The notes: a model not told the origin generated them from the letters alone. Positions 39,272 through 51,625 are shown, numbered from the stretch's first letter. The stretch: 64,000 nt of DNA from an archaeon (GCA_020057295.1 JAGVGF010000003.1:32001-96000); one strand, 5' to 3'. Program-made: numbers and translations.

Positions 39272-41505
39272 TGGCAAAGAAGACAGATCTTAATATTGTA
39301 GGAATGCATTGCGCAAGTTGTTCTACACTAATAAATAGAGCTTTATCGAAGACTGAAGGAATAACGGAAGCAAATGTTAATTATGCTACAGCTAAAGCAC
39401 GCGTAGTTTATGATGAAAATAAAGTCTCTGAAGAGGACTTAATAAAAATTGTTCAATCTAAAGGTTACGATGCATCTATTAGCAGTAAAAATGATGCTGT
39501 TAATAAAGAATTATCTCAGAAAAAAGAAATTGAGGAAATAAAGAATAGCTTATATTTTAGTTTAATATTTACGATTCCAGCATTTTTAATCGGAATGGTC
39601 TTAATGTCGCTTGGTGTTAATGTTCCTTACGATCTATTTATATTATTCTTACTTGCAACACCGGTTCAATTTATTGTAGCATCAGATATCTACAAAAGTG
39701 CATGGGTCGCATTAAAAAATAAGACTGCAAATATGGATTCTTTAATAGCCATAGGAACTAGTGCAGCATACTTGTTTAGTATTTATGCAATATTTTTTGA
39801 TCCTATTCTTGGTCAATATTTTGAAACATCAGCAATTCTTATAACTTTTGTAATATTTGGAAGATATCTTGAAATTAATGCTAAAGGTAAAACATCCGAG
39901 GCAATAAAGAAACTTATGGAATTATCACCAAAAATAGCGACAGTTATTAGAAAAATTAACGGAAAAAATAAAGAAATGCAGATACCTGTAGATCAAGTAG
40001 TTTTGAATGATATTATCATCGTAAAACCTGGAGAAAAAGTTCCAGTTGATGGAATCCTGTTAGAAGGATTATCTTCTGTCGATGAAAGTATGATTACAGG
40101 AGAGAGCATCCCCGTAGAAAAAAAGAAAGGAGATACAGTAATAGGCGGAACAATAAACAAACACGGAACTTTTACATTTAAGGCAACGAAAGTAGGCGAA
40201 AATACTACTCTTGCAAATATAATAAAATTAATTGAAGATGCTCAAGGAAAGAAAGCTCCAATACAAAGATTTGCGGATAATATTTCTGCATATTTTGTGC
40301 CTGTAGTAATACTTATTGCGATTGTAACATTTAGTGTGTGGTTTTTCTGGGTAGGAAAACCCATAGCATTTGCACTGATTACAGCAGTTTCAGTATTAGT
40401 AATCGCATGTCCTTGTGCTTTAGGTCTTGCAACACCTACATCAATAATTGTGGGAACAGGAAAAGGTGCGAAAGAGGGAATACTAATTAAAGGAGCAGAT
40501 TCTCTTGAAGCAGCACACAAAGTTAAATATGTTATATTTGATAAAACAGGAACTATAACTAATGGTAAACCAGAAACAACTGACGTGATATCTTTTGAGA
40601 AGAGCATATCTCAAGATTCATTACTAAAGATAGCAGCATCTATAGAAAAACCTTCAGAACATCCTCTTGCAGATGCAATAGTCAGAAAGGCAAACGAAGA
40701 AAAATTAGCTATAATAAAAATTAAGAATTTTAAAGCAATACCAGGTTATGGAATTTCTGCGAAGATATCAAGCAAGCAATATTATTTTGGAAATACTAAA
40801 TTAATGCAGAAACAAAAAATTTCTGTAAGTAAATATGAAAGCAGAATTCAAGATATTGAAGAACAAGGAAAAACTGTAATGATATTATCTAATACAAAGA
40901 AAATTCTTGGAATAATCGCTGTTGCCGATACTATTAAGGAAACATCAAAACTTGCTGTAAAACAATTACAAGATATGGGTGTTGAAGTTTATCTAATTAC
41001 AGGAGATAATGTTAGAACTGCAGGAGCAATTGCAAAGCAGGCAGGTATAAAGCAAGATAATGTATTTTCTGAAGTCCTTCCTGAAGATAAGGCAAACTAT
41101 GTGAAGAAATTGCAGGATAAAAAAGATAAAAAGGGAAATTTTGCAAAAGTTGTAATGGTTGGTGATGGTGTAAATGATGCTCCAGCACTTGCACAGGCCG
41201 ATATTGGAATTGCAATGGGATCTGGAACAGATGTTGCTATGGAGTCAGGAAATATTGTATTAATGAAAAATGACTTACTTGATGTTCCAAAAGCGATCAA
41301 GTTAAGCAAACAAACCATGACTAAAATAAAACAGAACATGTTCTGGGCATTATTTTACAATGTCTTAGGAATACCAATAGCGGCAGGAGTACTGTATCCT
41401 TTTACAGGATGGCTTCTAAGCCCTATAATCGCTGGTGGAGCAATGGCACTTTCAAGCGTTAGTGTTGTAACAAATAGTTTATTGTTAAAGAGTTCAAAAT
41501 TGTAA
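39271..41505 (+). CDS. copA: Cu(I)-translocating P1B-1 ATPase
   Basis: GMHCASC, TGES, CPCALG, DKTGT, SEHP, GDGVND, YN and MALSS motifs. Confidence 0.96.
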   Translation: MAKKTDLNIVGMHCASCSTLINRALSKTEGITEANVNYATAKARVVYDENKVSEEDLIKIVQSKGYDASISSKNDAVNKELSQKKEIEEIKNSLYFSLIFTIPAFLIGMVLMSLGVNVPYDLFILFLLATPVQFIVASDIYKSAWVALKNKTANMDSLIAIGTSAAYLFSIYAIFFDPILGQYFETSAILITFVIFGRYLEINAKGKTSEAIKKLMELSPKIATVIRKINGKNKEMQIPVDQVVLNDIIIVKPGEKVPVDGILLEGLSSVDESMITGESIPVEKKKGDTVIGGTINKHGTFTFKATKVGENTTLANIIKLIEDAQGKKAPIQRFADNISAYFVPVVILIAIVTFSVWFFWVGKPIAFALITAVSVLVIACPCALGLATPTSIIVGTGKGAKEGILIKGADSLEAAHKVKYVIFDKTGTITNGKPETTDVISFEKSISQDSLLKIAASIEKPSEHPLADAIVRKANEEKLAIIKIKNFKAIPGYGISAKISSKQYYFGNTKLMQKQKISVSKYESRIQDIEEQGKTVMILSNTKKILGIIAVADTIKETSKLAVKQLQDMGVEVYLITGDNVRTAGAIAKQAGIKQDNVFSEVLPEDKANYVKKLQDKKDKKGNFAKVVMVGDGVNDAPALAQADIGIAMGSGTDVAMESGNIVLMKNDLLDVPKAIKLSKQTMTKIKQNMFWALFYNVLGIPIAAGVLYPFTGWLLSPIIAGGAMALSSVSVVTNSLLLKSSKL

Positions 41506-41543
41506 ATTAATAAAAATATACATTAAGATTATAAGGTGATAAA

Positions 41544-42251
41544 ATGGTTAAAAATGAAAATTTAAATAAGAAAAAGCTTATGGCATTAAAATTTACAGAC
41601 AGCAATAAAATGTATTCTTATATGTTAGTTGCTTTCTTAGTATTATTAATATTAGATTTGATTGCATATTTTGGTTTTTTAAATAGAATTCCTGATTTTG
41701 CAAACAAATTCGGTTTCTGGATTTTTTATTTGAATATTAGTATCGTCACAATTGGTGGTTCTGTATGGTATTATGTAACTCACAAAGGTTATGTAAGCTG
41801 TATGGCTAGCATGATGATTGGAATGACTATAGGAATGCAAACTGGAATGATGATTGGAGCAGTATTCGGAGCTGTTAATGGATATTTTGTTGGTGCAATG
41901 GTCGGCATGATTCTTGGTGCATTAACAGGAGCGTTAAGCGGTAAAGATAGTATAATGGGATGGCTTCAGGGAATGATGATGGGATTAATGGGTGGAACAA
42001 TGGGTGCAATGATTACTGTAATGATGTTCACAGATAATGTATTATGGTTCATGCCATTCTATACTATACTCAATGTCTTATTGTTATTAGGATTTAATTA
42101 CATGTATTATGATGAAGTTGTAAGAGATAATAAAGAATTAATTAAAACAGATATAGATATTTTCACATTCATATCTGCATGTGTAATAGTAACTACTATC
42201 TTAACTGTTTTAATGATTTATGCACCAAAATCGGTGCTGTTCGGAGGATAA
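41544..42251 (+). CDS. Met/Gly-rich polytopic membrane protein (putative Cu-binding)
   Basis: CMASMMIGMTIGMQTGMMIG, QGMMMGLMGGTMGAM; directly after copA. Confidence 0.7.
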   Translation: MVKNENLNKKKLMALKFTDSNKMYSYMLVAFLVLLILDLIAYFGFLNRIPDFANKFGFWIFYLNISIVTIGGSVWYYVTHKGYVSCMASMMIGMTIGMQTGMMIGAVFGAVNGYFVGAMVGMILGALTGALSGKDSIMGWLQGMMMGLMGGTMGAMITVMMFTDNVLWFMPFYTILNVLLLLGFNYMYYDEVVRDNKELIKTDIDIFTFISACVIVTTILTVLMIYAPKSVLFGG

Positions 42252-42252
42252 A

Positions 42253-42849
42253 ATGAAAGATGTTTCAAAAATAATATTAGGAATAGTTGCGAGTTTAATA
42301 GTTATATCGGTGTTAGGACTATCTGCTAAAGCTCTAGTTTCGCCGACATTCTTGTCAACAAACAACTACGGCAATAATGGTGCACAGGTATCGCAAACAC
42401 AAAATACTTTATCAGGAAATACTCAAATTAATACTCAGACATCGCCCTTAGTTCAAGGAAATGTTCAAGAGGTTTCTCTTAAAGTTGTAGGTTCATCATA
42501 TGTTTTGAATCCTTCAGTACTAAAGAAAGGAGTTCCAGTTAGAATGACCGCAGATATTAATAATATGCCTGGTTGTTCTAAAGGTTTTAGAATTCCAGAC
42601 TTTAGTGTTACAAAGTCTATCCGTCCAGGAGATACTGTTGTAGAATTTACTCCTGATAAAACAGGAACATTTACGATTGCGTGTTTTATGAATATGTACC
42701 GTGGAACATTTAGTGTTACTGATGATGGAAGTGCTCCAACTGGAGAAGCGGCAAAGCAAGCAACACAAGTTCAAGCAACAGTTGCAAAACCAAGCGGTGG
42801 CGGATGTACAATGGGTGCGGGTGGCGGTGGCTGCGGTTGTGGTGGATAA
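42253..42849 (+). CDS. Membrane-anchored cupredoxin-like protein
   Basis: MPGCS...EFTPDKTGTFTIACFMNMYRG; C-terminal GGGCTMGAGGGGCGCGG. Confidence 0.8.
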   Translation: MKDVSKIILGIVASLIVISVLGLSAKALVSPTFLSTNNYGNNGAQVSQTQNTLSGNTQINTQTSPLVQGNVQEVSLKVVGSSYVLNPSVLKKGVPVRMTADINNMPGCSKGFRIPDFSVTKSIRPGDTVVEFTPDKTGTFTIACFMNMYRGTFSVTDDGSAPTGEAAKQATQVQATVAKPSGGGCTMGAGGGGCGCGG

Positions 42850-42890
42850 ATAGTTATCTAATTAATTAAATATCTTATAGGTGTGGCTAA

Positions 42891-43391
42891 ATGACTGATG
42901 ATAAAATAAGATGTGAGCTTTGTGATAGAGAATTTGCTAGTCAGGAAGCTATAGATGCACATAACAAATCTAAACATCACACTATTCACAGAGAAAAACG
43001 CAATAAATTTCCAACTATAATTATATCAGTTACAGCAATAATAATTCTTATTATAATAGGATTTGTAATATTTAGTACTACGGTTAATAAACCTATTAAT
43101 ACAAATAATACTTCCTCATCAGGCAACGTTCAAACAGCCACACTAAGTGTTTCTGGATCTAAATATATACTTGAGCCTTCTGTTTTTAAGAAAGATGTTC
43201 CTGTACAATTAACCGCAGATGTTAGTAGTATGCCTGGTTGTTCTAAATCTGTAACTATACCAACATTTGGTGTATTAAAATATGTTACGCCTAACGATAA
43301 CACCATAACATTCACACCGACAAAGGTAGGAACGTTTAGAATAGCATGTTCAATGAGCATGTATATAGGAAGTTTTACAGTTACAGAATAA
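42891..43391 (+). CDS. C2H2 Zn finger-TM-cupredoxin-like protein
   Basis: CELC..HNKSKH, TM, MPGCS...FTPTKVGTFRIACSMSMY; paralog of upstream gene. Confidence 0.8.
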   Translation: MTDDKIRCELCDREFASQEAIDAHNKSKHHTIHREKRNKFPTIIISVTAIIILIIIGFVIFSTTVNKPINTNNTSSSGNVQTATLSVSGSKYILEPSVFKKDVPVQLTADVSSMPGCSKSVTIPTFGVLKYVTPNDNTITFTPTKVGTFRIACSMSMYIGSFTVTE

Positions 43392-43433
43392 TATTATAAC
43401 AAAGTAATATTAAAAAATTATAGAAAAATATTT

Positions 43434-43751
43434 TTAAGGTTTTGGTTTTTCTTCTGTCATCAAATCTTTGTAGCTTTCACTCATAGGTTCTCTTAGTTCT
43501 TCATGATTTTTTGTTTTACGTATTAACTTCTCTAATGCTATATTATGATTTGCTGAGCTATGAAGTGATACAATAAATAATCCTATTGCTCCTATTACCA
43601 TTACAATCCCGACTATAGATACTAATCCTGCGTTGGGTCCGCTTGCACCAACAACGTTTGCTGTAATGCTTGCACTGTCAGAAAAAACATATGCTGTTCC
43701 TAAAGCAAATGCACTAACACTCGCTATAATATTAAAAACTCTAACATTCAT
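43434..43751 (-). CDS. Small membrane protein
   Basis: Two TM segments, ITANVV motif; AGGTGA SD. Confidence 0.6.
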   Translation of the reverse strand: MNVRVFNIIASVSAFALGTAYVFSDSASITANVVGASGPNAGLVSIVGIVMVIGAIGLFIVSLHSSANHNIALEKLIRKTKNHEELREPMSESYKDLMTEEKPKP

Positions 43752-43797
43752 GAAATCACCTATTGTATGAATTGTTTCTAATATATAAAATTTTGGA

Positions 43798-44805
<1,008 letters not shown>

Positions 44806-44886
44806 TTAACATATTATTATATCTCCTACTATATCTCGCGTATTAGAATTTATAAATATTGTGAACGGCTGGTTGATTATGTTTTC

Positions 44887-45621
44887 TTAAGAGTATCCAC
44901 CATCAATTTTTATGGTTGTTCCGGTAATAAAACTAGAATCTTCAGAGGCTAAAAATAGTGCTAGTTTCGCAATTTCTTCTGGTCTTGCAAACCTTTTTAA
45001 TAATATTCTAGCTGTTTCTTCTTTGATGAATTCTTTTGATAATCCTTTGTTAATATCTGTATTTACCCATCCTGGAGCTATGCTATTAACAAGAATGTTT
45101 GGTGCGAGTTCTGTTGCTAAATTCTTTGTCAATGATACTACTCCTGATTTTGATGCATCATAATCCATAGAATCTGGAGCAAGGCTATCTATAGCGTTAG
45201 TAGATGAAATATTTATTATTCTTCCTCCTTTCGGAATATGTTCTAATGCGTATTTTACACATAGAAATGGCCCTATTAGATTAACTTCTAATGTTTTTTT
45301 CCATTGTTCTGCTGTTTTTTCTTTAAAAGGAATATCGTAAACAATACCTGCATTATTTACTAATACATCTATTCTTCCGTATTTTGTAACAGCCTCTTTA
45401 ATCATCTTTTGAACTTGCTTCTCATCAGAAACATCGCATTTTATTGCAATCGCATCAGAACCTAATTTTTTTATATCCTGAACGACCTGTTTTGCTTCTT
45501 TTTCTGCATTAACATAATTAACAATTATTTTAGCTCCTTCTTTCGCAAATTCTAAAGCTATTGCTTTTCCTATTCCTCTGCTTGATCCTGTTATTAATGC
45601 AATCTTATTTTTTAGTTTCAT
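44887..45621 (-). CDS. SDR oxidoreductase (FabG-like)
   Basis: TGSSRGIG, NNAG, YDASK, IAPGWVNTD. Confidence 0.9.
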   Translation of the reverse strand: MKLKNKIALITGSSRGIGKAIALEFAKEGAKIIVNYVNAEKEAKQVVQDIKKLGSDAIAIKCDVSDEKQVQKMIKEAVTKYGRIDVLVNNAGIVYDIPFKEKTAEQWKKTLEVNLIGPFLCVKYALEHIPKGGRIINISSTNAIDSLAPDSMDYDASKSGVVSLTKNLATELAPNILVNSIAPGWVNTDINKGLSKEFIKEETARILLKRFARPEEIAKLALFLASEDSSFITGTTIKIDGGYS

Positions 45622-45647
45622 TTGTATAATCTCACTCGCGTGTGTTG

Positions 45648-45884
45648 TTATTTCTTTTCATTTTCTTTAAATGTCTCGTTAGTTTTCTTCCAAACTTCAT
45701 CATATGTTGTTATGCCTTTCTTTATTAATATTTCAACAACCGAGTCTAGTTGTGCTCTAGTTAATGCTAACTTGTATGTATTTATGAGAAGTAATTCTTT
45801 AATTTCATCGTTGCTCATCTTATTTAATTTCTTTTCAAAATCAGTAATTTCTGAATCAATTTTCTTTTTAGAAGTTTTAGGCAT
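45648..45884 (-). CDS. Hypothetical small protein
   Basis: 78 aa, ILIKKGITTYDE motif. Confidence 0.55.
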   Translation of the reverse strand: MPKTSKKKIDSEITDFEKKLNKMSNDEIKELLLINTYKLALTRAQLDSVVEILIKKGITTYDEVWKKTNETFKENEKK

Positions 45885-45915
45885 AATAATCTAATGTTAT
45901 AGAACTTTAAAAATT

Positions 45916-47223
45916 TTATTCTTGAGGAACGATTTTATCAGAAAGTAATGAGTCTGTTAAATCATCTTTGATGTTTACACTTTTGTGCATTAGTCCTTCC
46001 AAATCTTTTTTTATTTTTCCTACTACTTCTTCATTATCTATCTTTAATATATCGATATTCTTTTGTAATTTGTCAATGTTTAACTTGTGATATTTTATTT
46101 TATCCTCTGTTGCATTGATCCAATACTGTTGTTCAGAAAGATTTAGTGATGCACTATTGTGTGTTATCTTTGCTTGTGCTCTATGTCTCTGATCTTCTAA
46201 TTTTAATATCTTAATTTGTAATGTCTTCAAGTAATCTATTGTTAATTTATCGATAGTGTTTAAACATTTATCTTTATTTTTATCTTTCAAATCGATTTTA
46301 TTATCTTGAATGGCGTTCTTTATATCTTTTAATATTTCTACTATTTGTAAATTAGAATCCTTGATTAATCCGTTCTTTATATCTTCTAAATATTCTTTAA
46401 TTATTTTCTTGTCAGGATTTAAGTAGTAATATTTTTTTAACGGTGTGTCTAAGCATGAAAAGAATTCACCTTCGACTTGTAATACTCTTTTACTTTCCAT
46501 TTCTGATTCTTCTTTTTCTTTTTTGAACGTGTCTAAAGCACGATAATCTGTTCCGGTGGTTATTGTTTTAATTCGTTCATTTAATTTGTCAAGCTTTTCC
46601 TTATGTAGTGATATTTCTCTTTCTTCCTCTAATGTTTGTCTATTGAAATCCTTTATTTTTAGAACATTACCTGTAAAATCCTTGATATCTTTTTGTATAT
46701 TTTTTAATAGTTCTATTCCGTTCTTCTCAAGCATTACTCTTATATCTATTATTAGTTCTTCTAACTCGTGTAGTTTCTTATTTGTTGTTCTTACTTCATT
46801 ATCGAAGAAATGTTGTAGTACGAATATGTTTTTTTGTATGTCGCGATTTAATTGTTCTAGATTATGTGAAAATTGTATACAATAATCGTATGTGTCTAAA
46901 TAACTTTTTGGTACATCGATAGAGCTTACAAAGTGTGAGATTCTTTTAATGTAGTTCTCACGATTACCGTCCATTATATGTATTTCCCGTTCTGGAATGT
47001 TGCTATTCATTAAATGTGCTTTATGTAACCCTCTTAATGACAATATTACTTCCTCTTTTTTGGCGCTTATATCAACAATTTTTGATGTAATACTTCTATT
47101 AATGTATCCTAAACTATCTCTTAGAATAAAATTCATATGTTTATCTATCTTTGACAAAGAAACTTCTTCTGCTTGAGGTATTTCTGTATCTTTCTTAAAC
47201 CGGTCTAGGAATCTCTTAAGCAT
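45916..47223 (-). CDS. Long coiled-coil hypothetical protein
   Basis: 435 aa, heptad-rich. Confidence 0.65.
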   Translation of the reverse strand: MLKRFLDRFKKDTEIPQAEEVSLSKIDKHMNFILRDSLGYINRSITSKIVDISAKKEEVILSLRGLHKAHLMNSNIPEREIHIMDGNRENYIKRISHFVSSIDVPKSYLDTYDYCIQFSHNLEQLNRDIQKNIFVLQHFFDNEVRTTNKKLHELEELIIDIRVMLEKNGIELLKNIQKDIKDFTGNVLKIKDFNRQTLEEEREISLHKEKLDKLNERIKTITTGTDYRALDTFKKEKEESEMESKRVLQVEGEFFSCLDTPLKKYYYLNPDKKIIKEYLEDIKNGLIKDSNLQIVEILKDIKNAIQDNKIDLKDKNKDKCLNTIDKLTIDYLKTLQIKILKLEDQRHRAQAKITHNSASLNLSEQQYWINATEDKIKYHKLNIDKLQKNIDILKIDNEEVVGKIKKDLEGLMHKSVNIKDDLTDSLLSDKIVPQE

Positions 47224-47345
47224 ATTCTAGTGATATGATAAAGATTTAAATGCTTTACTAAAACATCCTACTTGTGATACTATTTTATAGGAGAAACTTT
47301 ATAAAAGATATTAGTTGTCCATAGGCATAGTTGCGGGGTGTTTTT

Positions 47346-48017
47346 ATGCCAAGACCAGATGAATTAGTGTTAGTAGTACAAAACAACGTATTATTTAATG
47401 ATAATGACGGATATTTTGAAGGATTTATGGATGCTTCTAAAGCAGATTATATGTCAACAATTTTAAAAAATCATTCTTTTATGAGACACGATAAAGCAAG
47501 TCTTTTGGCCGGTAAATATAAGCAACCTATAGCTTATTGTGCTATTGTTAATCCTACTACTAAAAAGGTTTACGTGTATACTAGAGCTTCAGGTGCAGAA
47601 GGAGATGCTGCTAATGTTGAAAAATTATTACAAGGCAATATATCTTTTGGCGCTGGTGGTCACATGGTTGAATCAGCTAAAGGAGTTGACGTGATTGTCG
47701 ATAATAAAATAAGAGAGCTTGCTGAAGAAACAGACATACAAGGTTCTAAGCAATTCCAATTCTTCGGATATATTAATAATGATGATGATCGTAATAATGG
47801 TGTCGGTAAGGTTCATTTCGGATTAATGTATTTGGTTATTACTGATGCAACTGTTGTTAGACCACTTGATAAAGAAGCTCAAATCGGCGGGATGGTTCAT
47901 ATTAGTGATTTAGAAAGAACTATCAGAGAATCTAGAAGAAAAGGTTCTAGTGTTATAGTTGAACCATGGTCGGAAATATCTTTCGAACCTCTTATGAGAT
48001 ATTTAGGACATAAATAA
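47346..48017 (+). CDS. NUDIX-fold phosphoesterase
   Basis: YKQPIAY, SFGAGGH, RELAEE, GYINND, VGKVHFG. Confidence 0.8.
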   Translation: MPRPDELVLVVQNNVLFNDNDGYFEGFMDASKADYMSTILKNHSFMRHDKASLLAGKYKQPIAYCAIVNPTTKKVYVYTRASGAEGDAANVEKLLQGNISFGAGGHMVESAKGVDVIVDNKIRELAEETDIQGSKQFQFFGYINNDDDRNNGVGKVHFGLMYLVITDATVVRPLDKEAQIGGMVHISDLERTIRESRRKGSSVIVEPWSEISFEPLMRYLGHK

Positions 48018-48052
48018 GTATCTTTATAAAATCTTTAGTACACTTTCTTTTC

Positions 48053-48361
48053 ATGCGTACTAAAGCACCTGGTTATTTAAAAATAGCTTCTGAACGTATT
48101 AGTAAATTATTATCTGAAGCAGATTCTGGATTTAAGGAGCATCCAGAACTTAGTAAAAGATACGTTTATCTTGCAAGAAAAATATCTATGAAGTACAAAA
48201 TTAAATTTACGCCTGAGCAAAAAAAGTTGTTTTGTAAAAAATGTAATTCTTACTTAAGAAATGGTGTTAGCTCTAGAGTTAGATTAGAACATGGAAAGAT
48301 TGTGACAACATGCTTAGGTTGCGGTGCCATGAAGCGAGTTTTATATAAGAAAAAGAAATAG
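48053..48361 (+). CDS. rnp4: RNase P protein component 4 (Rpp21)
   Basis: IASERI..L, RYVYLARKISMK, FCKKC, RVRL, CLGCG. Confidence 0.92.
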   Translation: MRTKAPGYLKIASERISKLLSEADSGFKEHPELSKRYVYLARKISMKYKIKFTPEQKKLFCKKCNSYLRNGVSSRVRLEHGKIVTTCLGCGAMKRVLYKKKK

Positions 48362-48426
48362 TATCACTCTCAAGTAACAACAAAATCGAAACATTTATAA
48401 ATTTAGATTTTTCACATATTTCTAGC

Positions 48427-49599
48427 ATGAGTCACAACAGATCATTTGCCTACATGTCAACCGATGAGCTTTATGTCAAGAAAGCCTTCGATGAATACAG
48501 GCTTAAATCATTGGAAGAAGGAATAGTTAGACCTATCAAAGCATATGGTTTTGATGGCTTAGATGAATCTATATTTGTTCTAAAGAACAGTTTATTGCCT
48601 GGAGCAAGAGCAAAAGCAGCAAATTATTACAAGGGACAAGTAGAAATTATTGAAAGAGAATTAAAAAAGCGTCCTTCTGAAGAAGTTTCTGCTTCATATA
48701 AAAAAATTTTAGATGTAAACATAAATCCTGCAACATTCAATGTTCTAAAAGAAGAAAGAGAAAAATTAAGAATTCAAAGAATAATGGATATGGGTTATCA
48801 GGGAGAACAATTATATCCCTCAGAGCGTTTCAGACGTTCAAGACAAAATATCGAAGACACAGTCAGCTCTGGTCTTTCCATATTTGGAAGAGCAGGAGAA
48901 TATTTTAGAAGAAATAGACTATGGTTTTCTACAGCAGCATTTTTGATAATGACTCCTATTACAATTCAGCAATATGTAGAAAAATTAGATGTGTATAATG
49001 AAGTTGCTTCTGAATATGTACAATCACATGAAGTAGGTCCTAATGCTAGAGCATTAAAAAGAGATATTCCTAGTCAATTAGAAAATGTGGTTTTAAATCT
49101 AACTCATACAAGCGAAGTAAGTATAGAACTTGATGAAGATACAGAGTTTACGATTCCAGAAAAACTTTCTGATCCACAAGCAGCAAGAATTAATATTCAT
49201 ACAATGGGTCAAATACTAAAGCAAAACATTTCACCAGAAGTTACTAATTCATATAAGACTGTTTTCGATGAAGATAAAAGACAGATATTAGCGCATGGTG
49301 CTGCTGCTAATTCTCGTTTTGAAAGTGCATACAATAGTTTAGCATTTGCATCAAATCCGCACGTATCTTATCCTGTAGAGATGGGTATAACTATTATGGG
49401 GAATTCTGAAGTTCAAAAAGCTGTAAGTGTAATGGAAAAATATATGCCCAAAGGCATTATTGAAGAGGAGAATTCAGCACATACCGATATGACTATATGG
49501 AAATGGCTTGCTAGAATCTCTGGCGGCTTGACAGTATTATTCGGCGTTAACGCTTATAGGAATCACAGAAGAAGAAAATTAATGGGAGAATATTATTAA
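48427..49599 (+). CDS. ORFan, 2-TM protein
   Basis: 390 aa with hydrophobic segments near aa 165 and 365; leaderless-type TATA. Confidence 0.65.
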   Translation: MSHNRSFAYMSTDELYVKKAFDEYRLKSLEEGIVRPIKAYGFDGLDESIFVLKNSLLPGARAKAANYYKGQVEIIERELKKRPSEEVSASYKKILDVNINPATFNVLKEEREKLRIQRIMDMGYQGEQLYPSERFRRSRQNIEDTVSSGLSIFGRAGEYFRRNRLWFSTAAFLIMTPITIQQYVEKLDVYNEVASEYVQSHEVGPNARALKRDIPSQLENVVLNLTHTSEVSIELDEDTEFTIPEKLSDPQAARINIHTMGQILKQNISPEVTNSYKTVFDEDKRQILAHGAAANSRFESAYNSLAFASNPHVSYPVEMGITIMGNSEVQKAVSVMEKYMPKGIIEEENSAHTDMTIWKWLARISGGLTVLFGVNAYRNHRRRKLMGEYY

Positions 49600-49613
49600 T
49601 TGGAGGGATAAAT

Positions 49614-49976
49614 ATGTTAGAAGAATTAGCTTATCATTATCATTTTACTGGAACAACTCCAGATAATGGTGTTCCACAAAATAGTGTGCCAGAACCAAGA
49701 AATTATGATTTAATAAAATCTTTGAAACATGAATTCGGAAAACTGTTGATGATTGGCGGTCTTGTAGTAGGTACAGCAACATATATTGCAATAGTTCCTA
49801 GAGATATTAATTTCTACACCGATCCTAATTACAAAATTCCAGAAAAACAGCAATTACATTTAAACGATGTAAAAACTGCAACAGGATTTGCAACAGTATC
49901 ATTAGTATCATTAATAACTGGACTGATATTATATGACTCTTCTTCAAGAAGAAGAACTGTTAAGACAAAGAGATAA
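49614..49976 (+). CDS. ORFan, 2-TM protein (paralog of 50199-50567)
   Basis: GGAGG SD; TM-IVPRDINFY-loop-TM. Confidence 0.65.
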   Translation: MLEELAYHYHFTGTTPDNGVPQNSVPEPRNYDLIKSLKHEFGKLLMIGGLVVGTATYIAIVPRDINFYTDPNYKIPEKQQLHLNDVKTATGFATVSLVSLITGLILYDSSSRRRTVKTKR

Positions 49977-49990
49977 TTAAAGAGAGCAAA

Positions 49991-50206
49991 ATGACATATC
50001 ATAGAATGATAAATCCAAAATATTTAGAGATATGTGAAATTATACAATCCGATACCGGATTACTTACTAGAATAGAATATCATCCTGTAGGAACATTCGA
50101 TAGACGTGTAACACAATCCCATGGTGCAAGTTACATGCATATAAGAAGTGATTATGAAAAATTAGAATTACACAGACTAGCTAGAGAGGCAAACAAACAT
50201 GACTGA
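49991..50206 (+). CDS. ORFan small protein
   Basis: 71 aa, overlaps next start. Confidence 0.55.
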   Translation: MTYHRMINPKYLEICEIIQSDTGLLTRIEYHPVGTFDRRVTQSHGASYMHIRSDYEKLELHRLAREANKHD

Positions 50207-50567
50207 ATCAAAATATTTTACAAACACTATGCCTAATGAACAGATAGAACCATTAGAGAATATTGCAAGCACATCAAGCAAGCCATCATTAACACGTAAA
50301 CAAAAAATTGGTAGATGGGGAAGAAGAATGGCTGTTGCAGGTTTATTGACTGCTACAGTTTCTTGTTTGTATGCAATAATGCCAAGAGATCCAGAATTTT
50401 ATAGTCACGATAAGTGGGTTCGAACAGAAGAAAGTCTACCATCCGCAGAAAATCAGAAGAAGGCAGCATATCTAGCTGGAGCATCAGTGCTTACAGCAAT
50501 TGCAGGATTTGCAATGGGTCTTTACAGTATCAAAGGCGAATATGAAGGTAAAAATAATCAGAGGTAA
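50199..50567 (+). CDS. ORFan, 2-TM protein
   Basis: GAGG SD; TM-IMPRDPEFY-loop-TM. Confidence 0.65.
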   Translation: MTESKYFTNTMPNEQIEPLENIASTSSKPSLTRKQKIGRWGRRMAVAGLLTATVSCLYAIMPRDPEFYSHDKWVRTEESLPSAENQKKAAYLAGASVLTAIAGFAMGLYSIKGEYEGKNNQR

Positions 50568-50573
50568 ATTAAA

Positions 50574-51446
50574 ATGAACGCAGCATTTAATTTAGGACAA
50601 ACAAGTCAACCATTAGAAGTAACTTTGAAAATAGATTCAAGAGGCTTTGAGATAAAAGCTGGAAGAGAAAGGATAAGATTTGCAGAAGAACGAGAGGAAA
50701 TCGCGTCTCTAATAGGAAACTTAACCATAGAAACAGCACAAGGAGACTTAATTTATGGAACATATATTCAGCCAAGTTCAAGAAGCGTTCCCGGACTTAT
50801 TATGATAAGAGAAACACTATCTCAAAATTATCTTCGTGCACTTCTTGATTCTCCCAAGAGAAAAAAATCAGAGCTTAATCTAGAACTAATAAAATATCTA
50901 CCTGAAGATTCTCATCCCTCCGCACTTAGACAAATGCAAAGGGATTCAACTGCGAGAGTAGAGGAACGAGAAGAAGAAAGAAGAAGACTGGAAAAAGAAG
51001 ATTTTTACTTCAGACCAAACAGTAAATCTTTGATAGATAGAATGTATAAATTACCCCCTGAACCAAAATTCAGATGGGAATTGGACGCGCAAGGAAAATT
51101 TGGTGAAAGACCTGAAAAGCTTACTGAAACTCCGATTCCATCAGATAGAAAATCTTTACACAACTACAGATTTGAAAAAGATCCGACTGATTCTTCTGAA
51201 ATTTTAAAAACGGAAAGAATCTTGAAAAAACCAATAATAGACTTGACAGATTTAAGTGCTGAACTAAGAAATCTTTCAGATGAAAGAACACAAATGAAAC
51301 TCGCTCAAGCAACAGCAAGGCATATGGCTGCAAGACTTGGACTTGACAGAGCATATCAAATAAGTCAATCAGTAAGAGCAATATTTTCAGCAGATTTCTC
51401 TCAATTAAGAGAAGGAATAACCTGCACGTACAAAGTTGACCAATGA
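50574..51446 (+). CDS. ORFan soluble protein
   Basis: 290 aa, GAGGT SD. Confidence 0.6.
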   Translation: MNAAFNLGQTSQPLEVTLKIDSRGFEIKAGRERIRFAEEREEIASLIGNLTIETAQGDLIYGTYIQPSSRSVPGLIMIRETLSQNYLRALLDSPKRKKSELNLELIKYLPEDSHPSALRQMQRDSTARVEEREEERRRLEKEDFYFRPNSKSLIDRMYKLPPEPKFRWELDAQGKFGERPEKLTETPIPSDRKSLHNYRFEKDPTDSSEILKTERILKKPIIDLTDLSAELRNLSDERTQMKLAQATARHMAARLGLDRAYQISQSVRAIFSADFSQLREGITCTYKVDQ

Positions 51447-51451
51447 GGTAA

Positions 51452-51625
51452 ATGAAAATGAATGAAGATGATAGTAAAGATTTCGAATTTGATGAAGTTC
51501 GTGGAGAGCATGGAAGAAAGCCTAAGATGGCTATATTGAATAAGACCAAGCTTTCAAAATATGAAATGGATGATTTATTCACCGCTGAAGATGTAGATGT
51601 TGCAGCGGCAGACGAGGCAGAATGA
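51452..51625 (+). CDS. ORFan acidic small protein (57 aa)
   Basis: Not in ORF track: MKMNEDDSKDFEFDEVRGEHGRKPK...DVDVAAADEAE; GAGGT SD; ATGA overlap with next gene. Confidence 0.6.
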   Translation: MKMNEDDSKDFEFDEVRGEHGRKPKMAILNKTKLSKYEMDDLFTAEDVDVAAADEAE

